DNA from: Lama glama
Lineage: Eukaryota
Direction of reading: 5' to 3'
Assembly (NCBI GenBank): GCA_028534125.1
Contig: CM052825.1
Location: forward strand, 26,040,001-26,104,000
DNA length: 64,000 nucleotides
The notes beneath the pieces were generated by a model. That model was given only the letters and a program-made list of their open reading frames with translations. It was not told the origin of the DNA and made no database searches. A program made the translations under genes and the position numbers. Shown piece by piece: positions 47,171 to 64,000 of the stretch (positions are counted from its first letter, which is position 1; each line of letters opens with the position of its first letter).

Positions 47171-50100
47171 GATGGGGTGTCATTGGCCGAGGGCTCAGGG
47201 AGTGGGGACGTCAGCACTCATCTGTCAGGCTGAGGGCTGAGCCCCAGGACAGGGGGTCTTTGGGGAGCAGAGCCAGCCTAGGGAAAGCTGCAGCCCAGCC
47301 CAGAAGGGTACAGAGTTTGGCTCCTGGAGGGCTGGAGCCCGGTGCATACAGTGGAGCACATCTACTTCCCTGGGCAGGACTTGCCTTCAGTGCCCTTCCC
47401 TGTTCTCCAAACAGGAGGCTGAATGGGTCTGCATCCCAGACCCCTGCCCTGCCCACTGACAGCCACTGGCTCAGGAAGGGAGGGTCACATGCACTTACTT
47501 CCCCTTTCTGGAAGCATTACCCTCTAGCAATCACTCCTTACTCCCCTGCAGGTGCCCAAGGAAGGCTGCTGGGCTGGACGCTGCACCACTCATCTCTCCA
47601 CCAGCTGTCCCTCCTGGGAGGACCAGGGGTGAATGAGGTTGGGACAGAGAAAGGGCTTCATGGCCAGAGCTGCTCCCAGCCCCACGTCCCAGGGTACCAG
47701 GTTCCATGTTGATCTCCAAGCTGTCCAAACTTAACAGTCTGGGGTCCCACTTCTCAGCTGGATCCTAGCAGAAGTTTGTCTGACCAGCCAGTTCCATTCC
47801 AGACTTGGACACAGACACGTAGGACAGGACAGTTGGGTTTCTCAGGGAATTTCTGCCTTTGTTTAGGGTAAGGTGCCTTAACCCACAGATGTGTGGTGTG
47901 CCACTGCGGGCTTGGGACAGGGTCTGCCATTGGAGGGGTGCGTGCTGCTCCCAGCTCACTCCGTGGAGGCACAGAGGGCCCCATGAGGGTCCACTTGGCT
48001 CTCCTTGCAGGCTCAGCTACAGGTTCCTGGGGTATCCCAGCTCAGTTTGTGGAGCAGGGGCACTCTGGGGAAGGAAGGAGTACCCTGCAGGGGTCCAAGG
48101 GGTGGGGAACACTGGGTCCACAGTCTTTCATCTCCTGGGCCCTGTGAGCCTGGCCTTGGTCTCCCCATCTGTGCTGGAAGGTGACAAGTCACAGCCTAGT
48201 TGTTGGAGTTATGGTCAACCATGATGGGTGTCTGTAAGGAGCAGGGCACCGTGGTTCTGGAGGCATCCAGTGCAAGGACACTGAAGTGAGGGTGGCTACC
48301 CAGTGTCACCTTCCCTGATACAAGCGGGGGAGCCCCACTTCTCCCCATCAAGTCCCCGGGGCAGGGCAAAGCGCCCCAGACTTTTCCTCTCCACCCACCT
48401 GGCCTGGCCCAGCTGACCAGCTGACCGTGCAGGCTGCTTGAGGCCAGGAGACAGCTTGAGCAGTCGTGACGCCAGCAGCCCTGTGGAGAGTGGGGGCCGG
48501 GAGGTCTGCTCCTTCTGCCCATGAACCCCACTCCAGACATATTCAGCCAGGCCTGGGCCCCTTGTCTTGGGCACTGCTCACTCTGAGACAGTGGGGTGGG
48601 GGTCCCAGGGATGGCTCTGGGATTCCTGGCCCTGACTTCTGCCCCTTCTGAGGGCCTGGGAGAGGCCATGCTGCCAACATAGGGGGTGGGCTGGTTGGAG
48701 GCCATTGCCGTCCTCTAGGGGAAGGAAGGGGCTGGATTGGGAAGCCCTTGTTCTGGGCACCCCAGCCTCTCAGCATATGGAGAGGACAGCCAGTGAAGCC
48801 AGGTAACCAAGGAGTCCTGAGGAGGGGGAAGGGGCCAGGACTCTGGGCCTTGGGAAAAGCAGGAGGAGTCCAGAGAGGACAGCTCAGCAGCAGCTGTGGA
48901 GGCAGCCCCTGTGGATAGGCCTTTCCAGAAGTTCGAGTGGGAGGAACTCAGCAGCCAAGGAGACTCACGACCTGGGGAGTGTCTGGGCTTCCAGGTTGGG
49001 TATTGCTGGGAGTGCAGGGGGCCCTGAGCTTGCTCCTGGGGTCCCAAGATCTCTGCTGTGGCTGCAACCTAATGGGTTACACATGGGGGTGGAGTCAGGT
49101 CAGCCCATCGGTGCACGGATGACATCCCACCATCCGTGACCAAGCGAGGCTGGGACAGCAGTGCCAGCCCCTGGTGCCCCATGCTCTCTGCCTGAGGCAC
49201 TCCTAGGCACATCTGCTCCTTCACAGCTGGCACAAGTTGTGCCCGATGCCTGTCCCACTTTCCACCCGAAAAGGAGTGGTAGTAGTCATGACCCGCCTGC
49301 TGAGACCCGCCCCTGGCATGCTGGGATAAGCATGGGCCTGGGGAGGTAGCCCCTGCCCCCTGAGGTGGTGTCAGGAAGCCTCATGCTTTGGGGCTTGGTC
49401 CCCATTTGGCCCTGAGCCCTGAGAACCCTGCCCATGCTCCCTGGACCTCAGTCCCCTCGTCTGCAGATTGGCTGGTGGCAGATTTGGTCTCTGGGTGCTT
49501 CTGGCACCAGTGGGGTCCTAGGGAGCAGCCTTCTCTCCTCAGCTGGTCCTGGTGCAGGCAGCCCCTCCCTCTGCCCCCAGCCATAGGCATCTCAGCCATT
49601 AACCTCCTCTGCCCGCTTACCCACGGCCTCCTGCCTGTCACCTCCATTAATGCCAGTACTTGTGTGCCAGGGGCACGGTGGGCAGGACGGACAGTGGGCA
49701 CAGGGAAGGTAGGGAACAGTGGCGCAGTGCCTGGAGCAGGCCTGTCTCATCCCCTCAGTGTCCACAGATAGCCCTCACCAAGACAGGTGTAGGAGGTGGG
49801 CCAGCCTCTGCACGCCCAGTGGGTAGAGGGATAGGGTGTTGAGCCCCTAGACAGAGTCTCAGAGCCCCTGGGAGGGGTCAGTACCAAGCAGGATGATGGC
49901 CATGGCTCATATTCACCCTGAGGCACATGGTAGCCCCCAGAGGGTCTGAGCCCCACCCCCACCCCCAGGCCAGAGCACGGGCTGTGCTAGGCACTTCCTC
50001 CTCCTTGCCCATTCAAGGTAGCCTCAGGGACCCCCATCTCGTTCAAAGTGGGCAGGGCCATACCTGAGGGCCCTGGACACCAGTCTGAGTCCTGTGACCC

Positions 50101-52893
50101 TGAGAGCTCTGGGAAGCCATAGCAGGTTCACAGCAGGTTTGTGAGGGAGCAGTGGAGCCAGAGTGATGAGGCTGGGTGACTGTATGGTCAGGGCTGCAGG
50201 GAGGTTTGGGGGAGCACCCTTACTATAGACCTGTGAGGATGGGCAGAGTGTGGCCCACGGGGGCACACTCAAGGCCCAGGGATACTCCAGGGAGTGTTTG
50301 AGGGTCTGCCCAAGCTCGCCCAGGGACATGCGGTGGAGCAGGCCCACATGGAGGGAGAGGGCGTCCATCTTGGAGGCTCCTGGCACCCCAGGAGAAGGCC
50401 CCTGTCTGACTGCTGGGTGGCTGACCCCTGCCTAGTGACCCCAGCCTGCCCCATACCTGTTCACTGTAGTCCCTCCCCACAACTAGCTCCCTCCTTTGGG
50501 ACCCCCACCTGCTATCCCAAACCATCCCCCACAATGTGCTCCACCTCAGGACCTGTGTGATCATTGGACACCCCTGGGGCAAGGTATGGCGTGACCCTCT
50601 TCGCCTTAGACCCTGGGACAGATGGGCTCTAGGATGCTCTCTGGAGGCACCAAGGGGCTGCAGTGGGAGTGAGCTCCCCATCGTGGGAGGCATGCAAGCT
50701 AGGGGCAGGGGCCTTTCAAATCACAGAGGGAGCAGCCTGGCGAGGCGGGTGGGAGGAGCGGCTCAGGCCACGGAGCCCCCACCCAGCTTCAGAGCTGCAC
50801 TGGCCGAGCAGTGCCTGGGGCCGACAGCAACCATATGTTGGAAAAGGAGCTGTGTGCGTCCCTCTGCGGCCCCGGGGGCCCGGCCTTCCTGGGCCTGTCA
50901 CAGGCGATTTTCCCTGCCTGAGTGGCAGGCCGGCCAGCGGGCGGGGCGGGCGGGGGCTGCGGGGGCTGCGGAGCCGCTCTAGGTCCATCAGCACTGGTCC
51001 TGCCACTCGGGGAGATGCAGGTGCTGGGCCTGGAGCGTGAGACCACCCATATCCCACTGGACACTTCCCCCTGTGGTCATCCCCATCCAGGTCAAGGTCG
51101 GGGGCCCTGAGAGGAGCCCTGGACAGCAGGCAGGACCGGCCTGCTGCTCCATTGTGGGCAGGTGCCTGGAGCAGGCAGGAGAGTCAGCCCAGCGCCCAGA
51201 GCCCAAAGCTGAGCGGAGGAGGCGGGAGGCCGCGGCTAATTTGTACACTAAGTGCTTCTGACAGGGATGCCTCACAAGTGAGAACACACCACTACTCGCC
51301 TCAGGAAGGCTGCGGCCAACGGGTGGGCAACCAGGCGGCCTGGGTGAGGGGCTGGAAGAGGGACCGTAGGGGGAGCTGCCCAGCAGAGGGCCTGGCAGAG
51401 ATGGGGAGGGGGCCAGGGACATGGGAAGGGGAAGGTGGGGATGAGACAGGGAGAGAAGTGGGCTCAAGACCAGGAGCCCCAGTGGTCAGAGGGTCAGAGA
51501 CGCAGTAGGCAGTAGGCTGAGCAGGGAGCCAGGGCCAGACAGTGCAGAGGTGGCTCTCCCTTGTCCACTTCTCACACCTGGCCTGGGCCCAGGTGCCACC
51601 CTGTGATGGCCAAGGGCATGGGGGACAAAGTCCCCTCTCAGGCTGGCTCCCCCATCCTCTCCTCACAGGAGCTACCTCCCCAGGAGCCCCCGACCCTGGC
51701 CAGGCCTCCACCTCCACCCTGGCCAGCACTTCCCATGAGCTTTCACGTCCTGACAAAGCATCCCACCTGCAGGTCCCTGACTCCTCCTGACACTTTGTAC
51801 TCTTTGGGGCTGGGGGCTTCTGGCCCTCATTTCCCTCAGCCCCTCCCTGATGGAGCAGGGGTGGGAAGAGGGTGCTGGTTGGGGCAAGCTGGGCTCTGCA
51901 GGCCAGTTGACAGGGTGGGCACACAGCCCCATCCCACTGTGGAGACCCCTGCCTGGGTGCACAAGGATGTTGGACACCTGCTGTCAAATTTCGCTTCCTG
52001 GGCCTTCCTGGGGCTGGAGGAATGCAAGTCCAGTCTGCCCAGGAGGCCCCAGGGGTGGTGGAGCCAGCTCTGTGCCAACATGGGGGTGCACACGGCTGTC
52101 CCTGCAACCCCCACTCCTGGGACAAGGTCCAGTGTGGCCGGCGCAGCCATGGTGGAGGAAGGAGGGCGTTTGCGGGCGCCGAGGTGAGATGTGTTGTGGC
52201 AGCTCCCCCGCTGCCCGAGGCCCGCCCGGAGCGAACACTGCTGGTGGCTTTAATTGCTTTCACATTCGATAGGCTGGCCTGTGACAGGCCTCTTACACCC
52301 TCCAAGCGGCCTCTGCACCCTAGCTCCCCTCTCAGCAGCCCTCCGTCCAGGGAGACCAGCTTCTGCTGTGGATCCTGCCCAGGTGCCCAGTCTGAGACTG
52401 CCAACTGCGTGCCCAGCCTCGGCTACCACCTGTGCAACAAGGACGGCAGGGAAGGGGCACGCAGACCAACTTTTCTCTCCACACAGCCCCTTGCTCCATC
52501 TGCTTCTCTGAATGACTCTGATGGATTCAGACAGGCCCTCCGAACGCAGGTGTCTCTCTGGGAAAAGCTGCGCATGCATACAGTCTCTGCCTGCATGGGG
52601 CTGAGGCCTTGTGGGGATCAGTCTGCCAACCATCGTGAGGTCTGGCCTGAGCCTTCCCGCACTCCATCCTTCCTGGGGCACAGGCAGCTAGTGAGCAGGG
52701 TGTCCCTCAAGGCTCCCTGTGGGGCTGACCTCAGGCCCTGGCTGAGCAATCCCCACCTCCCAGGAGCTGTCGCCAGGTGGGCCTGGGTGCTCTCCAGCAT
52801 AGTTCTGCCCCTGAAGGGGAGGGGAGGGGCCTGGAATCCCTCGGGGAGAGGGGAACAGACAGATGAGGAGGAATCGTTACAAAACAAAACATT

Positions 52894-52899
52894 TTTATT
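52894..52899 (-). terminator. CAPN15 poly(A) signal AATAAA
   Basis: AATAAAAATGTTTTGTTTTG, ~1.25 kb after the stop. Confidence 0.8.
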
Positions 52900-54139
52900 T
52901 GGTCCTTCGGAGCCTGAGTCTGGGAACACCCATGGAGTCATCCTATAGGGATGGTACTGACAATTGATAAAATAGTCTCTGCGTCAGAAGAGCTGCCGTA
53001 TGTACAGGGTTAAAAATACTCACAGCTCAGGTAAAAGGAGAAAGTATAAAGGAGGTCCAAGGGGTAGCCTAGTGCTTCTGGTTGCTTCTCCAGGTGTAAG
53101 CCCACCCCCTGCAAGCCCCATGAGAAGTGAGGGGCAGTGGGCAGGGCCACCTGCTACCTGGGGGCCGCAGGACAGGGGGCCGGGTGGGCCTCGGGGAAGC
53201 TGGCCTCAGACATCCCTGGGCAGATACAGAACTCAGGGCAGAGCAGCCATGGGGAGGATGCTGGGCTTCTGAGGTGGGGAGAGGCTGGGAGGGGCCGCAC
53301 CCTGTGTGTGCCTGGATAGGGCTGGCCAAGGATTTCTGCTGGACTGTGTTCCTCCCGGCAGAGGTCAGGTGGTGCCTACCTCACCTAGCAGCAGAGCTGG
53401 GCTCAGGCCCACCTGACCTGCTGCCCCCACTGCAGCCCAGGACATGGCTTCGATCCTGGCTGGCACTCCAGGAATTGCATAGTGTCCCTCCCCACCCTTA
53501 CTTGAGCCCATGGTCACCAGGCACCTGCTTCCTGGGACACACTGCTGGACTTCAGGGACTCCTACGTGCCTCATGGGGGTTGAGGGGGGAGACAGGTACC
53601 AGGGCCAAACTGGGGAGAAAAAGCTCCTGATCTCATGCCCCACTAGGGGAGTAGTCCCTGCTCTTGCCCTGGGGTTCTGGCCTGTGACCCCCCAAAGAGG
53701 TGGTCCCTGTTCTCATCCTGGGGTCCCGGCTTCTGGTCCCTGCTCACCCCAGCGTCCTGGCCTCTGACTCCCACAGAGGAGCTGGTCTCTGCTCTCACCC
53801 TGGGGTCCTGGCCTTTGAACCGCCCAGATTTGGTTCTGTGAATGGAGCTCTTGGCTGCCTCACCCAGGAAGGAGGCCCTAGCAGTCTGAGCCCGACCTCA
53901 AGGTGGGCTGGTCAGAGGGGCTGCCACATAGCCCCTTTGAGCTAAAGGCCAGTTCGAGGTATTCTGCTTGGGCTGGGAGGCCCTGGACAGGAGGAAGGGG
54001 CAGGGAGGAAGGCCCAGGGGAAGCTGCACCCTGCGGCTGGCACTCCCTAGTTTGGGTCCTGAGATTCTGGTTCAAGCGTCCTGTGTTGGGGTCTCCCTCA
54101 TAAAGTGCGTGTGGGGGCAGGCAGGTAGGCGTGGGGCGG

Positions 54140-59947
<5,808 letters not shown>

Positions 59948-59994
59948 GGGCCCAGGCGAGTGCGTGTGGCTGCAAGGAAAGGCAGCAGTCAGGG

Positions 59995-60900
59995 AGTGTT
60001 GACAAGATTGTCAAGATCATTTGATGGGGAGTGAATGGTCTTTTCAACAAACGGTGCTGGGAAAACTGGATCTAAATGCTGAAAAATGAGATTGGACCCT
60101 TACCCTACCCCGTATTCAAAAACTAACTCAAGACAGACCAATGACCTAAGTGTAGGAATGAAAACTAGAAAACTCTTAGAAGAAGAGAGAAAAGTAAACT
60201 TTCACAACCTTGGATTTGGCAGTGATGACACCAAAAGCACAGGTAAATAAAGGAAAGTAAGAGGACTATATCAAGATTAGCAACTTTCATGCTTTAAAAG
60301 ACACCACTGAGAAAGTGAAGAGAACCCACAGCATAGAAAGTATCTGCAAATCATGTAACTGATAATGCTCTAGTATCCAGAATATGTAAATAGTTCTTCA
60401 AACTACACAACAAACAACCTGTCTTAAAAATGGGCAGAGGACTTGAAGACACAAAGAGATCCAGAATCAAAAGGGAGACTGAAACAGTGTTGGCAAGAAC
60501 ATGGAGAAACCAGAATCTTTCCTACATTGCTGGTGGGACTGGAAAACAGTTTGACAGTTACCCCAAAAGTTGAAGAGGACCACCATGTGACCCAGCAATT
60601 CCATCCCTGGGTCCACACTCGAAGAGCTGAACACTGGCGCACTTCACAAACACACACAGCAGATCTGCTCACAACAGTCAAAAAGGTGGAAACCACCCAA
60701 GTATCCATCAATGAATAAATGGATAAACAAAATGTGGAATGTTATTCAGCCACCATGGAGGATGAAGAACAACACACTACAACACAGGTGAGCCTTGAGA
60801 GACACAAAAGGCCATGTGCGGTGTGATTCTGTCTGCAGGAAATGTTCAGGACGGGCAAATCCAGCGGGAGAAAGGAGCTGGAAATCCCTAGAGGGGAGGG
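59995..60900 (+). mobile_element. Old L1M fragment (3' ORF2/UTR) in a CAPN15 5' intron
   Basis: tcttttcaacaaacggtgctgggaaaactggat...aaaactaactcaa...aaactcttagaaga...tatccagaatatgtaaa...acccagcaattcca. Confidence 0.88.
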
Positions 60901-61448
60901 AGGGAACAGGAGCATCTGGGGGTGGGCAGCGCTGGCCTTTTGACCTGCCTTTCGAGGGCTAATCCAGGTGCGAGCGGGTGTTTACACTCCTCAGCACACA
61001 CAGTCTCCCACACTGACTGGAGTCGCTCTGCTCGGCAGAAAAATCAGTTGTTCTTCACAACAAGGCATGAAGCTTGTGCTTCTCATGCTACGTTTGTGCC
61101 AAACCCTTCAGGAAGAAAGAAAACTTGCCTCTTCAAAAACAATAAACTAAAAACCTCCCCCGAGCAGCACGACTGTTTCTCGGCCCAGAGCAAACTGTGA
61201 AGCCGCCCTGTGTGGCTGAGACTTAAGAACTGCCCACAGCTTTGCCCAGGGCGCCCACGCGGATGGGTAGGGTGGGTAGGTGGGGGCATCCAGCACCAGC
61301 AGGGTGGCCTGGCTAGGTCAGCTTTGGCCTTGGCCTTTGTACTACGAAAAGCCAAAGAAATCTGCCTGGAGACGACCGGGGGTTCCCCTACAACCAGGGC
61401 TCCCCGCTCAGAGAAGGGTCCATGCTTAAGGCATGGGCACATGTGTGC

Positions 61449-61483
61449 CCACACAGACAGACACACAGACAGACACACACACA
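61449..61483. repeat. (CA/CAGA)n microsatellite
   Basis: acacagacagacacacagacagacacacacacac. Confidence 0.8.
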
Positions 61484-61687
61484 CTGGGTCCTGGGCAGCC
61501 TCCGCCCAGGCCCCAGGCTCAGAGGATGGTCACTCCCAGTGTGCCCCACCTGGCCTGGTCACATGGGCCTGCAGAGCTGGTCTGACCTTTTGTAGACCAC
61601 CTGCTGCTGGGAGAGGTCTCCAGGGACAAGATTCAGGCCCCTGCCCCCAGCACAGGACAGGTGGGCTGGGGCCCTCCTAGGACACAC

Positions 61688-61729
61688 CTGCCCTTGGCTC
61701 CCGATGGTTCCAGATGCGCTGAGCAGACC
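61688..61729 (-). other. Possible CAPN15 5'UTR exon (42 nt)
   Basis: ctctcccccag| ... GGGCAG|gtgtgt; splice signals only. Confidence 0.3.
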
Positions 61730-63359
61730 CTGGGGGAGAGAGGGAGCCCAAGTCTCACCCACCCTCACGACCCCATGATGGGGTGTCACGACCAGGACAG
61801 GCGTGACACAGGGCAGGTTTCACAGCAGTTCTGGTGTACCAGCTGAATCAGGAAGATTGTGTGTGGAGTTCAGAAAGTTTGCCTGAAAACACTGCCTGGA
61901 GGTCAAATACAGCCCCAGGGAGGCAGAGGGAAGCCCAGGGCTGGAAGGAGGCAGTGGGGGCTGCGTTCTCTCACCCCTGTGGCCCACACCTCAGTCCGTA
62001 CCTCAACATCACCGGCTGGGCTGAGACAAGGTGACCCAGGGGTTGGTGATCGGGTGTCCTGAGGAGCCCTGAGCAGGGAGCTTGCCAGAGGGGATCCTGG
62101 GCCTGAGTCCCACTCAGTTCCCCAGCTCCCCAGCTCCAGTCTCTACAACCCAGGGTCACTCTCACGGCCACCTTGCCTCACTAGGGGCCCAGGCCTGGGA
62201 TCCTTACAATGTGTGAAGGTGAGGGCAGACCACAGACAAAGCCTGGAACTAAGAGATAGGCACCCAGAACCCAGGGTCAAACCAAAGCCTCAACCCAACC
62301 CCTCCCATGCTCATGCAGAGGCCACCACACCCACCTCCAGGACATAGAGGAAACGACTCAAGTTACTCCTCACGACAGAAAGGCTGAGTGGGAAACTGAG
62401 GTGACTGTCCAGGAAAACCCGACACCGAATGCCTGCTCTGCTCTCAGTTATCTGGGAGCAGCAACACTTGGCCCCAACTCAAGAGAGAGGTGATGGAGGT
62501 GCCCAGGACATTCCGGGGACACCTGGGGACAGGCAGGGATGGCCTACCACCACCTTGGGTGCAGCCCAGGCCTGGGAGATGGCCTCCTCCTTCCCAGGGA
62601 AGCTGAGAGCAGTTAGTGGTCTCTGCACTCAAGGACCTCAGTCAGGCCACCAGACCTGAGGCCAGGCTCCTGTGCAGGATGTGGCTACCTGTCCCCTGAC
62701 CCTCGCTGGTTCTGAGGTATACCTAGGCGCCTCCCTCTGAGATCACCCTCAGCTTGCCTCGGTTGTCCTCTGTCTGTGTCCCCAGGGAAGGCCTGGAGCT
62801 TGCAGGTGGTTGACACCCATATCAATGGGGATGGGTGACATGCCCAGACATGGAGGCTCTTCAGTGAGTGGGGCAGCCTAGGGCTGGTTTCTTCACCGTG
62901 CGCATGCCCACTGGAGCAGGGGAAGGGTCTGCCTGACTGTGTCCCATGCACGTGCCCAGCTGCCCCTGAGGTGCCAGAGCAGCACATGTGCGTGTCCAGG
63001 TATCCAGGTGTAGGTGCAAAGAGGGGTTCTGCTGGGCCGCCTGCCTTTCTGCCCTTCTTCCCACCATCTGCCACGTCCAGCTCCCTGCACTGTCCCTTCT
63101 CACTGCTAGCCTGGGTGTCTGGACTCCTCGAGGTCACTAACAGCACTTCCTCCTGATCCGCTCTCAGTGGTGTCTGGTGGTCGGGCCGCCTGCCTTCATT
63201 GCCTGGGGAGGGGCCTGGCAGGAGGGAGAGAAGGAGAAAGGGCAATGTCACCCAGGCCACCCGCAGGACAGTGTGAGCCAGGGTCCAACAGGCCCGAGCA
63301 GCCTGGGGTACGGGGTCTCCATCTCACTGCTGCTTGCTTCAGGCCCAGCCTCCCTCCTC

Positions 63360-64000
63360 AGACCCAGTAATTCTACTCCTAGCAATTTATCCTGAGGAAA
63401 CAAATATGTGGAAATAAATGCCATGTGTGCTGGAGAGAGGTGTGAAGAGATGCACCAGCCACCAGGGAGACGCAGACCAAACCACCGGGAGGCTGGGACC
63501 GCGGGCAGTAACAGCTTCGGAGCGTGTGGAGATACCAGGGCCCTCCCCACACGGCTGCTGGGGACGCAAAACAGCACAGCCGCTAGAGAAAACAGCCTGG
63601 CAGTTTCTCAGAAAGTTAATCATAAACTTAAATAAACCTCAGCAATTCCGTTCGAGGTGTCTACCCAAGAGAAGTGAAAAAATGTCCACGCAAAAACCCA
63701 CACAGAAACTTTCACAGCAGCAGATTCATAAAATCCAAACTCAAACGTCCATCAGCTAATGAGCAGGCCAACTCCATGCGTGGTGTGTCGCTTGGCTGTA
63801 AAGAAGGGAAGCACCAACACTCGCTATAACGTGGATGAGCCCTGAGAACACGAGGCTCAGTCACAAAAGCAGACACAGCAGGTCACACATTGCGTGATTC
63901 CCCTGATACCAAGCGTCCAGAACAAGCAATCCACAAACACCAAAAATGGATGAGTGGTTTCCAGGGGCTGGAGGGGAGGGGGTGACTGCAAGTGGGCAGG
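63360..64000 (+). mobile_element. Old L1M 3' fragments
   Basis: gacccagtaattctactcctag; gaaaacagcctggcagtttctcagaaagttaa; gagtggtttccaggggctgg. Confidence 0.75.

Noticed and set aside
45701-47183. Several 160-336-aa ORFs over the PRR35 CpG island
   Set aside because: Overlapping on both strands, G/A/R/P-biased, no recognisable domain.
50935-50970. G-quadruplex-capable G-runs (also ~40181-40200)
   Set aside because: Ubiquitous in this GC-rich window, with nothing singling these out; the 40181 run is simply the complement of a pyrimidine tract.
51301-52948. 367-aa and 308-aa ORFs between CAPN15 and PRR35
   Set aside because: No domain motifs, overlapping on opposite strands; expected by chance at this GC content.

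Overview
GC-rich mammalian genomic DNA, most likely camelid given the vic-type tRNA-derived SINEs and the young L1 tail. It is syntenic with human 16p13.3. Five genes lie head-to-tail on the minus strand; in transcription order: CAPN15/SOLH (11 coding exons, 59947->54140, 1081 aa), PRR35 (2 coding exons, 43787->41852, 560 aa), NHLRC4 (39555->38608), PIGQ (10 coding exons, 34128->25200, 581 aa) and RAB40C (exons 1-3, 17796->1363; the rest lies beyond the window start). Splice sites were read from the sequence and phases are consistent. Human comparisons are from memory, not from a search. There are three CpG-island promoters, three N-runs and many old L1/MaLR/MER/MIR fragments. The main observation is at NHLRC4. 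The codon matching the start Met of the annotated 123-aa human protein is ATA here, and the frame stays open 192 codons further upstream, encoding three more NHL repeats, i.e. a full six-bladed propeller with no usable AUG. Two candidate upstream micro-exons (28 and 87 nt) can be joined in frame either to an MGC-type N-terminus (interrupted by one TAG) or to PRR35 exon 2 (an uninterrupted ~710-aa zinc-finger/NHL fusion).
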